IMG/VR virus record: IMGVR_UViG_2061766007_000564
Direction: 5' to 3' (one strand)
Length of the DNA stretch: 35,363 bases
From: an uncultured virus (IMG/VR IMGVR_UViG_2061766007_000564)
Lineage: Duplodnaviria > Heunggongvirae > Uroviricota > Caudoviricetes
The translations under genes were made by a program, and so were the position numbers. Numbering within the stretch: the first letter of the stretch is position 1; each line of letters begins with the position of its first letter. The notes beneath the pieces were generated by a model. It made no database searches and had not been told where the DNA came from. It worked only from the letters and a program-made list of their open reading frames with translations. Below, one piece after another: positions 17,859 to 29,092 of this stretch.

Positions 17859-20800
17859 ATGAACGAGCTGCGCAGATTTATACTTGAATCACATTTCTCA
17901 CCTCGGTTTGCCAAGGCGGTGTACGAGTCGCTTAGCCTTTTCGAGGCAGTGAACATCAACAAGGACTTCCTTATCAGGGAAGCCGGTTCGCCGGAAAGGT
18001 TCGCTGCGGCCAAGTCCGCCGTGCAGAATGCATGGAAGGCGGAGAACATGGACGCGGAGCTCAACCAGAAGACGGCGCAGAAGGTCCTCAACATCCTGTA
18101 CCTCATGGAAATCAGGAAGCCTGGATTTACGGACGCCGAGAAGCTGCACTCGATTCATGACCTGGCACTGCACAACATGCTCGACACCAAGTTTCTCAAC
18201 CTCGTGAATTCGGATTCTACGCCAGAACAGGCGGACGAAGCACTGAAGAATGCCGTGGAGCACCAGGAACAGCAGCAGAAGGCATATCCGGGCCTCAGTG
18301 CCGAGGAGGAGGCGATATGGAACCGCGTGAAGGTATACCACGAGTTCCCGGACGGTTTCAAGTGGGTCTATGCGGTTGACGAAAAAGGTAACATCACCAG
18401 CTACATCCCGTCCAGGGTCACCGGAAAGACCATGAACCACTGCGGGAACTCGCCCAGGGCCGGTTCTGACGACCAGTATTGGGAATTGCGCGACGCTAAC
18501 GGCAAGGCATACCTTACAATCATCCTCAACAAGGATGGCGAGCTGGAAGAGTCTAAGTCCTGGGGAAACCAGGTGAACAAGTACCGCAGGCAGATTCAGC
18601 CGTACGTCAAGTGGTTCCTCATGGACAAGGTCAACGGGGTCGGCCACAGGTACGACTACGGCTACTCGACACATACGAACTACGGGGTGAAGGACTTCAT
18701 GGGGGACGACCCCGAGTTTGTCGATTACGTAACCGAGTTCAAACCGGCATTGCTCGGGAATACCGAGGAGAAGATTCTGTTCTGGCATGGCGCTGTCGAA
18801 GCCGGCGTGGTGACCAAGGAACAGCTAAAGAAGATGTTTGTACGTGACCTTAGCGTGGACGAGCTGCTCAAGAACAAGGATTTCAAAGCCTACAAGACGG
18901 GGTCTAAGTTCAGCTACGACAAGAAGGGGGCCTATTACGGGAGCAATGTGTTCGGGGCAAACCGCTTCGAGGTACTGTGCGCTTCATGCGACGGATGCCC
19001 GTTCACCCCGGAAGAGCTGAAGAAACTTATACTTGAGGGCGACATAGGACTGGAGGAGTTCGTGAATTACAACATACACCTCCTTACGCCTGACCTGCAG
19101 AAGGCATTCGTCGAGTCCAACGCCAGCAATTTTGACGACATTGTCAATCTGGCGGAGCAGGTTGCATCGTTCAAGGTTGACGAAAGCCTAGTGGAAGGAC
19201 TTATCAATCCAATCCGGAAAGGTGATTCGGATGCGACCGTGCGTCTGCTTAGGTACCTGGCCAGTGCCAACCCTCCCGACAAGGTAAGTAAGTGCGCCCA
19301 TGATGTATTCGGTGACCCGACCCTGGTTGCGGCGATGTTTCCTGACCAGGATGACGAGCGGGAGATGTACGAATATGAACGGTGTCTACGAATCATGCTC
19401 GACGTGCTCGGAAGATTTCCTGACCTGAAAATTTTGCCTGAAATAGTTAGACCGTTCGAGTACCTAATTAAGTATGTCAATGGCTTGGGTGACGATTCGT
19501 ATCGAAGGATACGATATGTCACTGAGCTGATGAAGGGAGTGCTTGCCCTGGATACGGAGAGGGGGTCGTTATTCATAAAGTCGCTACAGCCTAATGAGGT
19601 GCTGAAGGCAATGACACCAATTCCGGACGAGGACGACTTCGAGGATTTCATGAGTCTGTTATCTCTGGCGGCAAAGACCACGAAGCTGTATGGTCCGCAA
19701 TACCAGATGACGAAATTTCCCGATTCCCAGTTAAAGCTGATTTACCTGCTCAACCTCGGCAAGGAGGGTATCAGGGTACCCGGCATGGAGAAGATAGCTT
19801 CCACCGTTGCAAACCGGGTCAAGACTTTCATTGCCAGGAAAGAGGTGCCTGAGGAGAACGAGTGCTCTACATACCTGCTTGGACTTTCGGCCAGTCCGGA
19901 AGCATGCGACATGCTCGATACCGGCGAACTCGGACTATTCCTGTGCATGTGCGAACGTCACGGTCCGTATGATATATTTGATGCGCAGGGCAACCCGGAA
20001 ATAATCGCCCGCGGAATCGAGGATATCAAGCGGGTACATGATAATCCGTCCAAGAAAATCGTACAGGATTTTGGCGAAGATAGACTGTTCAACTTTTTGA
20101 ACCGTGTATCCGGTTCCACTCCGACCCCGGAGTTCAATGACCTTATTCTCGGTTGTCTATACCTGAGGGCTACGCTAGGTTGCCATCCATGCAATTCTAG
20201 TAACGCTAGCGCAGCCACCACAATGTGGGCTGACATGGACGACGGGTTCAAGAACCTTGCTAGGGACAAATTTATCACTATTCCCGTAGAGGAGTGGCCT
20301 AAGTGGGTGAAGCTCCTGGGTTCCAGGAACTTCCTCCGCTGGTATATAGTGCAGCTTAACCCGGATGCCATTTATGAGGACGAGAACGCGATGGGCTGCA
20401 TAATCAGGGCATTGACCGGGCACAACATCCTGTGCGATGCCGGTGAACTTAGTACGCCGGGCAATGACGAAGACGTCCATTCCGTGATAAACGACCTAGA
20501 TAGCGCGGTGGATTACGTTACCATTATTAGGCTGCGCAAGGTAATCGCAGCAAGGCTATCCCCGAAGGTGGAAGATGGCAGTGTGCGCATTTCGTACAAA
20601 ACGTTGAAGGAACTTGGGTCCAACGGGATGCTTAATCCAAGGGCGTACCGAATCGCCATGGAAATGAATACGTCGGGCGAGAACGGGGAAGTCGATACCG
20701 AGACTGTGATAACCCCCGGCGAAGTGTGGAAACTAATCAGGTCCCCGATGCTTCCGCGGCTAGTATACAACACGCTCAGCCAGTACTTCACCAAGTACGC

Positions 20801-21176
20801 CAAGCATTCGTTCGATAAGTCGAACGAGTACTACGATGAAAGGAGTACGGTAATTAGGTTCAGCGGTATGGTGGATAAGCTGGAGGAAAAGTCCGCCTAT
20901 TACCAGGTGATGAAGGCGTGTGAACTCGTTGAAAAGTCTGGCCTTCTAAATAAGATGGACGCGTTTAGGAAAAAACTGGTCACTGCCAGGGAAGGCTTCC
21001 AGGTTGGCAGAAAGTTCAAAGGTATGGGTTACCAGTATGAATGGTATTATACCGACGTAATGGTGGCCGCACTAGACAGTTTAATTGACTTGGTTAAGCA
21101 ATACAAGGATAACCCGATACCGGAACCGAAGACGAAGAGAGGTAAAAGGAAGGCAAGCGATGGAAAGGCTGCGTAG
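17859..21176 (+). CDS. Large PcfJ-like domain protein, paralogue A (1105 aa)
   Basis: GKTMNHCGN..YWELRDANGKAYLTIILN..GELEESKSWGNQ resembles PcfJ-like domains; strong similarity to the next gene. Confidence 0.75.
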   Translation: MNELRRFILESHFSPRFAKAVYESLSLFEAVNINKDFLIREAGSPERFAAAKSAVQNAWKAENMDAELNQKTAQKVLNILYLMEIRKPGFTDAEKLHSIHDLALHNMLDTKFLNLVNSDSTPEQADEALKNAVEHQEQQQKAYPGLSAEEEAIWNRVKVYHEFPDGFKWVYAVDEKGNITSYIPSRVTGKTMNHCGNSPRAGSDDQYWELRDANGKAYLTIILNKDGELEESKSWGNQVNKYRRQIQPYVKWFLMDKVNGVGHRYDYGYSTHTNYGVKDFMGDDPEFVDYVTEFKPALLGNTEEKILFWHGAVEAGVVTKEQLKKMFVRDLSVDELLKNKDFKAYKTGSKFSYDKKGAYYGSNVFGANRFEVLCASCDGCPFTPEELKKLILEGDIGLEEFVNYNIHLLTPDLQKAFVESNASNFDDIVNLAEQVASFKVDESLVEGLINPIRKGDSDATVRLLRYLASANPPDKVSKCAHDVFGDPTLVAAMFPDQDDEREMYEYERCLRIMLDVLGRFPDLKILPEIVRPFEYLIKYVNGLGDDSYRRIRYVTELMKGVLALDTERGSLFIKSLQPNEVLKAMTPIPDEDDFEDFMSLLSLAAKTTKLYGPQYQMTKFPDSQLKLIYLLNLGKEGIRVPGMEKIASTVANRVKTFIARKEVPEENECSTYLLGLSASPEACDMLDTGELGLFLCMCERHGPYDIFDAQGNPEIIARGIEDIKRVHDNPSKKIVQDFGEDRLFNFLNRVSGSTPTPEFNDLILGCLYLRATLGCHPCNSSNASAATTMWADMDDGFKNLARDKFITIPVEEWPKWVKLLGSRNFLRWYIVQLNPDAIYEDENAMGCIIRALTGHNILCDAGELSTPGNDEDVHSVINDLDSAVDYVTIIRLRKVIAARLSPKVEDGSVRISYKTLKELGSNGMLNPRAYRIAMEMNTSGENGEVDTETVITPGEVWKLIRSPMLPRLVYNTLSQYFTKYAKHSFDKSNEYYDERSTVIRFSGMVDKLEEKSAYYQVMKACELVEKSGLLNKMDAFRKKLVTAREGFQVGRKFKGMGYQYEWYYTDVMVAALDSLIDLVKQYKDNPIPEPKTKRGKRKASDGKAA

Positions 21177-23948
21177 GTTTATACTGGAATCCGCATTTAC
21201 CGAGAATTTCTCCAGGGCCGTATATGAGGCGCTTGGTATTTTCGAGGCGGTGAGCATCAACAAGGATTTCCTGCTGAAGGCTGCCGGCAGCCCGGAGGCG
21301 CTGAAGGAAGCGAAGGCACGCGTTGCGACCGCATGGTCTACTGCAGGCATGGAAAACGTTGTCCGCAACGGTAACATGCAGCAGAAGCTGTTCAACTTCC
21401 TGTACCTGATGGAAATCCGCAAGCCGGGGTTCGTCGACCGCGACGTATTGACCAAGATACACGACCTTGCAATCCACGGCTCGCTGGACCAGAAGTTCCT
21501 TGCCAAGGTGAACTCGGATACGAAGCCCGAAGAGGCCGGCGTCATTCTCGAACAGGCAATCGAGAGCGCCGTGCAGAACAGTAAGCCGTACCCGTCGTTG
21601 ACCCCGGAAGAGGAGAAGGTATGGAACAGGGTGAAGGTATATCACGAGTTTCCCGACGGGTTCAGATGGGTGTACGCCCTGAATTCATCCGGTACGGTGA
21701 CCGGCTATATCCCGTCCACCATCACTGGAAAGACGATGAACCATTGCGGCAACCAGCCGTCCAACCGGGCCGGTGACGAATACTGGGAGCTGCGTGACGC
21801 AAGCGGAAAGGCATACCTGACTGTAATCCTGAACGGCCATGGCCAGATTGAGGAGTCGAAGTCATGGGGTAACCAGCTGAACAAGTACAGGCAGCAGATT
21901 CTTCCGTACGTCAAGTGGCTGCTCAAGGACAGGAAGGTCACCGGAGTCGGACCGAGATACAATATCGGCTATGCGACCCACATGAATTTCGGCGTCAAGG
22001 ACTTCATCGGGGACGACCCAGAGTTTGTCGACTATGTCATCGAGAACAAGCCTGAACTAATCGGCAACACCGAATCCAGGATTCTGTTCTGGAAAGGTGC
22101 CATCGAGAAGGGCGTCATCGGTGTGGAAGACTTGAAGCGTGCGTACGTCTCCAAGGTTCCCCGGTCGAAGTTCCTGCAGGAAGTTCCTGGCATGGAGGAA
22201 TATGCAGACCAGGCCAAGTTCAAGCTCGTTGACGGCAAGGACGACCCGCCGGACTCCATGTTCGGCGCAAACTCGTTCGCCGTGCTCTGCGCTTCATGTG
22301 GGGAGAACCCGTTCACCGAGGACGAGCTTGCCGACCTTATCCGCAAGAAGAAGCTCCCGCTCGAGGTATTCTCTAACTACAACATAAAGTTGCTTACACC
22401 GAGGCTGCAGGAGGAGTATGTCAGGTCCGACGCACGGAACCTCGACCTCCTCATCGAGATTTCAAATCAGGTAGCCGCATTCAAGCTTGTACCGAACCTC
22501 TGGTTGAGCCTCGTGCCGACACAGGAGGAAATAGAAAACGCCGGCGACCAGTCGGAACGCGGTGGTCTCCTCAAGCGGTGCCTGAAGGTACTGAAGACCA
22601 TAGAGACTGCTAACCCGCCGTCAAAGATGACAGACTCGGCCGCTCAACTGATGTCCAATGCAGTGTTCCTCAAGTTCATGTACGCGGCAATGTGCATGAC
22701 CCCTGCACAGTTCGACAGCGCTTTCAGCTATAACGTATACGGCGAATCCCCGATGACAATCTATGCCCACATGGCCACCGTCATTTCGAAGTTCCCCGAT
22801 ATGCCGCTTCCCGATGGGTTCGAAAAGATGCATGCCAAGCTGATTACCGTCAATACCAAGGCGGCGAATACCGCCGGGACCGGGGTAAAAAGGTTCAGTG
22901 CGCAGCAGCGCATCGACATATCTTGGCTCGACGTGCTCCGGGGCGATGCCGGGATAGGGAGCCCGAGGAACAGTCCGCTTATCGAGCAGTACAGCGACAC
23001 CATGATAGCGTTTATCCTGAGCATATGCGGGAAGACGGACACCTGGGACTCCAGCTACGACCGCGCAAAGGAAGAAATCGAGCTACTGTGCAAGCTGTTC
23101 ACCGGTGAGCGCGTGCTTGGTATAGCCAACGGGCGTAACGGGAAACGCCTCGTCACCAGCGCCTTCTCGCTTGCCGCGCTGGCCGCCACCCTGCCGGACA
23201 GCGAGGACCTCGAACTGGTTGCCCACGAAGCGCTTAAAGCGTATTTCTACGTGCCGACCAACGGGAAATCCGAGTATACATGGAACCTCCCGGATTCCTC
23301 AAGCCATGCGGACAGCGATATGCATGCCGCCATGATGGATATGCTGACCAGCCGGCCCAATACGATAAGGGAGCTCGACTGGACCGACAAGAGGACGCTG
23401 TGCGGTGTAGCCAACCTCATCGCCAGGTTTCGAAAGTACAAGATAACCTTCCCCAAGGAAGGCATGGAGGACCTGGTCGTAACGTTCGTCACCGCCCTGC
23501 ACGGCAATGCCGAAGTTGCCGTGGAGCTCTGGAATGTCAGCCTAGCCGGATACGGCATATGGCATGACAGCTACCTGATGTCCAGGTTCCCCGATTCGCT
23601 GGCGCATGTCGTCAAGCTGTACGGTATCGAGCACGGAATCATCCAGGTGTTCTTCCGGGAAATGGCCGAGCGACGCCTGGCCGACGGCCAGTCACACCTG
23701 GTGGGTTGCTGGTCGGTATTCGAGATACCTTTCTCCGAATGGGAGGAGGAATACCAGCAGTACGGTGAGAAGTTCATTACCGGGTACGTGCTGGCAGCTC
23801 CGGCGGACACCATGGCCGCGGACGAGTACATTACCGGGTTCGTATGCGACAAGCTATCGGAAGGCTCCATGGATTTGGTGCATGCGGTCGGATGGATACT
23901 GAGCGAGGCCGCGTATTCAAGACAGAGGGCGTGCCTGGCCAGGACAAT
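21160..23948 (+). CDS. Large PcfJ-like domain protein, paralogue B (3' end lost in gap)
   Basis: Start MERLRRFILES at 21160 mirrors MNELRRFILES of paralogue A and overlaps its stop codon. Confidence 0.75.
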
Positions 23949-23958
23949 NNNNNNNNNN

Positions 23959-24782
23959 GCGGACCATCTGCCTGTATGCGTCGTACATCGCGTCGACTAC
24001 GATAAGCGCGGAGCCGAAGTTCTCGTACGGGTTGGCCGAGATGTCGTTCCACTCCACCGGGAATTCCGGGGTAAGGTATTCGTTGTCGGGCCATGCCGTC
24101 CTTGATAGGTCCACCGGGTTTTCCCATGCCATGATGTCGTACTCGCCACGCGGGAGAATCCATGTCTGCACGTGAGTCTTGTCACGGTAATCGAATACCC
24201 TCCCATCCAATGCGGGGGCGATAATCTCCTGGACACGGGACTGGATTATGCCGTCATTCGGCCTGCCAGAATCGGTACCGTTGTCCTTCATGTAGTTCAT
24301 GTAGCCGCACACGTTGAGGAACCAGTTGCCGAAACGTCCGGTGTCGTTTAGCCACCAAGTCCAGTAAGCCTGGTCGGCAGCGGCGAATTCGGCCGTGCCC
24401 GGCTGGTACTTAGTCACCTCGGAGTAGTTGTCCACTGCGCGGTGCACCAGCTCCTTGTCCATCTTGACGTCGGTGTCCGAAAGCACGCCGGCGTCAAATG
24501 CGGCATTGTAGTAGTCGACGAGCATGTCGACCAGCTCGTCGCTCGAAATCGTAGTATATGACTTGTTTGTCGGGTTTTCCCACTGGTTGAACGCGGTGTA
24601 CTTGTCGTATCCGAGGCTGGCGTTCATCGGGTGGATTTTCCATATGTCACTGCGCACCATGCCGAGCATGTAACAGTCGCCGGTGGCCAGCTTACCTACC
24701 TGTACCAGCCTTGGCAAGGCCCTTAACATGATTCCCGCACGCTTCAGCTCGGAAGGCTCCAGCATGCCGCCGTAGATGATGT
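23959..24782 (-). CDS. Upstream fragment of the giant 24793-27352 protein, inverted in the scaffold
   Basis: Ends in ENFGSALIVVDAMYDAYRQMVR, the same peptide that begins the + strand piece at 24793; only synonymous differences. Confidence 0.7.
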
Positions 24783-24792
24783 NNNNNNNNNN

Positions 24793-27352
24793 TGAGAACT
24801 TCGGCTCCGCGCTTATCGTAGTCGATGCGATGTACGATGCATACAGGCAGATGGTCCGAGCCACGACAGCGCAGGCGCTCGTTCTCGGCGCTGCCAGTGC
24901 GGCCCGTGCTGCCCTCGCGCTCAACGAGATTTCCGATGACCTGGAGGAACTCCGGGATACCTGCAACAAGCTGATGTGGTACCAGAGGGTAGTCGAGGAG
25001 TCTCCTTTCACAAACAAGTCTATAATCGAGGGGCTTGGCGATGCCACGCTGACCTCGTCATTCCCCGCACACCTCATGTTCCCCGTGCACATGTACAAGA
25101 AGGTAAAGGTCAAGTACAAGAGATGGGGGCGCACGAGGCACAAGATGGTCAAGCGTTCCATAGGCGTACGCTGGGCCGAGGTAACGTTTACTGACGCGGC
25201 CGTGTTCGGGGAATACCCGGTGGTCGAGGAGGAGGCCGGCGAGATAGTCAGCTACCGTTCAGGCTATACTATNNNNNNNNNNNNNNNNNNNNNNNNNNNN
25301 NNNNNNNNNNNNNNNNNNNNNNNNNNNNNNNNNNNNNNNNNNNNNNNNNNNNNNNNNNNNNNNNNNNNNNNNNNNNNNNNNNNNNNNNNNNNNNNNNNNN
25401 NNNNNNNNNNNNNNNNNNNNNNNNNNNNNNNNNNNNNNNNNNNNNNNNNNNNNNNNNNNNNNNNNNNNNNNNNNNNNNNNNNNNNNNNNNNNNNNNNNNN
25501 NNNNNNNNNNNNNNNNNNNNNNNNNNNNNNNNNNNNNNNNNNNNNNNNNNNNNNNNNNNNNNNNNNNNNNNNNNNNNNNNNNNNNNNNNNNNNNNNNNNN
25601 NNNNNNNNNNNNNNNNNNNNNNNNNNNNNNNNNNNNNNNNNNNNNNNNNNNNNNNNNNNNTTTCGGCAAGCCGTGCAATCTCGTCTGGTGCGGTCGCCTT
25701 GCCGTAGGACCCTCCATATTCGACTGGGAGTTCCTGCCAATCGGAGTCGGCCACAAGGACGCCCCGAAGTTCAGGGACATCATAATGTCGCAGTCGGACC
25801 CGGTACATGAGCTCGGGTATGTAGACGTCGATGCAGCCGGGTATGTCAGGAAGAAGGCCGACCCAGGATATACCGGGCCGTATGTCCTGGCGGACTCCAA
25901 GGCACTGGCCAATGCGGTCATGTGCGGGGGCCACAGGTACATGAGTCCGGACAACATAAGGAACTTCGGGCACGTTTCCGACATAGTGCTTTATGACGTG
26001 AAGGAATTCATCAACCTAATCAAGCTGAAGATGGGTGCGAACGGGACGTCACTCCCGGAATCCGGCAGCATATACGACTGGAAGGCAATCAACCAGGATT
26101 CGTGCGACCAGCTGGTTAGGTATTTCGCCATGGTCGGCAGTGTCGCCGCCGCGAAGACTCTCCTTGCCGGCGACTTCGTCGAGCGTTACATGGCGGTCGA
26201 CGAGCGTTATGCCGACATGTCCCCGGTGGACTACGTCAAGGGGATGCTAGGCAGCCACTACAACGACATCCGCGTGTGCATCGAGCGCGACGGGACGTCT
26301 TCGTTCATCACGTTGCACGACGGCATCATGCACGTCAGGTCGTTGGAGACCTACCCGAACAACCCGCCGACCAGGTTCGACCTGCACAAGCAGCAGCGGG
26401 TGGACAGCGAACACATGCTGTGGGGTACATGGCAGGATGGAGTGTTCTATTCCGAGGACGAGCGTCCCGTCCCTTATGTGGATTCCGAGCGTCCGGTACT
26501 TGACGGGTATTCCAATGGCGAGTGCGTAGGCGGGGAGGGNNNNNNNNNNCGGCAGCCACTACAATGACATCCGCGTGTGCATCGAGCGCGACGGGACGTC
26601 TTCGTTTATCACGTTGCACGACGGCATCATGCACGTCAGGTCGTTGGAGACCTACCCGAACAACCCGCCGACCAGGTTCGACCTGCACAAGCAGCAGAGG
26701 GTGGACAGCGAACACATGCTGTGGGGTACATGGCAGGACGGCGTGTTCTATTCCGAGGACGAGCGTCCTGTCCCGTATGTGGATTCCGAACGTCCGGTAC
26801 TTGACGGGTATTCCAATGGCGAGTGCGTAGGCGGGGAGGGCATGCTGCTCCACCAGCTCATCGCTGCCAAGGTTCACAAGAACTACCTCGAGATAAAGAA
26901 TCGGTTCGAGAATTACGGCGGCAACCTGATGTATGACCGGTTCGAGGACAGCCCGAACTCCGGCATGTACGACATGCTCGAGAACGAGTTCGGCCTCATC
27001 AAGGCGCAGGACCTCATTCCGTTCGATTCACTCGAGGCCATGCTATTCGGCGTACAGGACGGTTTCGGCCGTGACAAGGTGATGGCCGACGGTTCCATCT
27101 ACGANNNNNNNNNNTGAGGCCATGCTCTTCGGCGTACTCGGCGACCAGGACGGTTTCGGCCGTGACAAGGTGATGGCCGACGGTTCCATCTACGAGAAGG
27201 TAGTCAACAACGCCCAGCTGGCGGGAATCCGCAGGGCGGACCTGACAAAGGAACACCTGCACGTGAAGGACACCCCGTCCAAGGATGACGGCAAGTCCAT
27301 GTACGACAGGATACTCAAGGGCAAGGGATACATGGCGAACGACCTGATTTAG
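24793..27352 (+). CDS. Giant probable virion protein (gapped; includes a degenerate M15-like domain when 34345-34851 is restored)
   Basis: Open pieces at 24793-25272, 25661-26539, 26550-27104 and 27115-27352; the later pieces share overlapping ends. Stop TAG at 27352. Confidence 0.6.
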
Positions 27353-27359
27353 GCGCATG

Positions 27360-27367
27360 TATAAACT
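27360..27367 (+). promoter_or_regulatory. TATAAACT late-type promoter motif
   Basis: Exact motif followed by GGAGG RBS and ATG 27396. Confidence 0.7.
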
Positions 27368-27395
27368 ACTGAAAACGTTTGTCGGAGGATAGTTG

Positions 27396-29012
27396 ATGTC
27401 CGCCCAGGTCATTATCAAGAAATATACCGGCCTCGATTCCGAGTTTGGTACCGTGGTAAAGAGCCTCGGTATTAAGAGGGTGGACACGTCGGTTCCTTCA
27501 GTCTACAGTTCCAACAACCTAGGCGGAAAGGTCATCCCGGCCGACGATGCCAGTGAGGCCAAGTTCTATTCCGTGTACCGGCCGGACAAGCCGGAGTGCT
27601 GGAACTACTCGATGGAGTGTGTCTTCAAGGTTCATCTCATCAAGCCGCCCGACATCCAGCTCAGCAATCTCTGCATCTATCCGGTCGGCGAACCGCCGAA
27701 GGACAGGGAACACGCGCCTAAGCTGATGATTGGCAACTCCGTCGCCTATTCGAAGCCGACCAATGCCAGGAGCAAGAAGGCAATCCACGACATTTGGGAC
27801 TACAGCAAGGACAACCCGTTCTACCTCAGCGTATCCGGCCTGTACGGGCAGGTTGTCGACCCGACAGTCGGCAAGACCGAGTACTCAGTCGAATACAAGG
27901 ATTGCGGCTACGGTAACGTNNNNNNNNNNATGGGACTACAGCAAGGACAACCCGTTCTACCTCAGCGTATCCGGACTGTACGGACAGGTTGTCGACCCGA
28001 CAGTTGGCAAGACCGAGTACTCAGTCGAATACAAGGATTGCGGCTACGGTAACGTCGTGTTCCTTGACGGCGAGCGCCAACCAGCTGTACCGGTCGCGGT
28101 GCGTACCGACGCCAGGGACGTGACCATCAGGTTCAAGGACCGTACCTTCTCGGCAAGCACCGAGGATACCAGGCGCAAGCTGCTCGATTTCGTCGACCCC
28201 GATACCGGCAAGGTAATCGACCCGAAGTATACCAGGGTGGTGAAGCAGAGGGATGCCCACGGTGACGGCGGTGCCCTCGAGCTCATAGTGAAGAAGACCG
28301 GGGATACCCCGGAGGATACCTGGAACCTCATGGACATCTACCCGTCCGGACTCATCTACAAGATTCAGGCGGACAATGAGTACGACTATGCCGGAAGCGG
28401 CTACATGGTCTACTGGCTGAACCTCTATGCCCAGACCGCCGGNNNNNNNNNNCGGACGGCAATATCTCCGAAACGCCGGCACCCAGGCCGTACGACAAGC
28501 AGGTCGTGTATTACGACGTCGATGCCAGGCAGGAGCCTGACGGACGGATGGCGTTCTACATCAACGGTATGCGCCGGCCGACCCTGATGTTCGACCTCAA
28601 CAAGACGTACCATTTCATGAACGCGAGCGGTTCGAGGTTCCCGCTCAGGTTCATCGGGAACCCGTTCGCCCCGGTGGCCAACAATATCGACGACGTGATT
28701 ACCACCGGGGTGGTCGTCCTCCATGGCGGCACCGACATCGAGGAAGTGTTCGTCAATCCGGAGCAGGTCCTGAAGTCCGGACGGTGCATCGGGGCATACC
28801 AGAGCGTCTGCCAGCCGGGCATGGGCAATCTTGCCTATGTGCACCCCCTCGACATGTGCGGCAACTACAACATGTGCCGTGTCGGTGGCGGTATCTACAA
28901 TCCGCTGCTGGCCGGGGAGAGCGACTACGTATACCTCCAGCTGCAGGTCAGCGGGACCTGCGACCCGGGTTCTGCGGTCCCGACACTGGAAATTGGCTAC
29001 GACGAGACGTAA
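27396..29012 (+). CDS. Hypothetical probable virion structural protein (gapped)
   Basis: MSAQVIIKKYTG...; the first two pieces overlap at WDYSKDNPFYLSVSG; the last piece ends ...LEIGYDET-TAA. The join across the 28443-28452 gap is assumed. Confidence 0.55.
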
Positions 29013-29036
29013 TTTCACAAAAAATAAGTGAACGTG

Positions 29037-29044
29037 TATAAACT
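29037..29044 (+). promoter_or_regulatory. TATAAACT late-type promoter motif
   Basis: Exact motif upstream of an AAGGA RBS and ATG 29093. Confidence 0.7.
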
Positions 29045-29092
29045 TGCGGACAAATATCACCCCGATGGCGGGAACTTAAAAGGAAATGCAAA

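Noticed and set aside
23959..24860. Possible invertible segment (shufflon) bounded by ~67-bp inverted repeats
   Set aside because: The inverted repeat is the overlap between two contigs of one gene, both boundaries are N gaps, and no recombinase is present. Scaffolding error is simpler.
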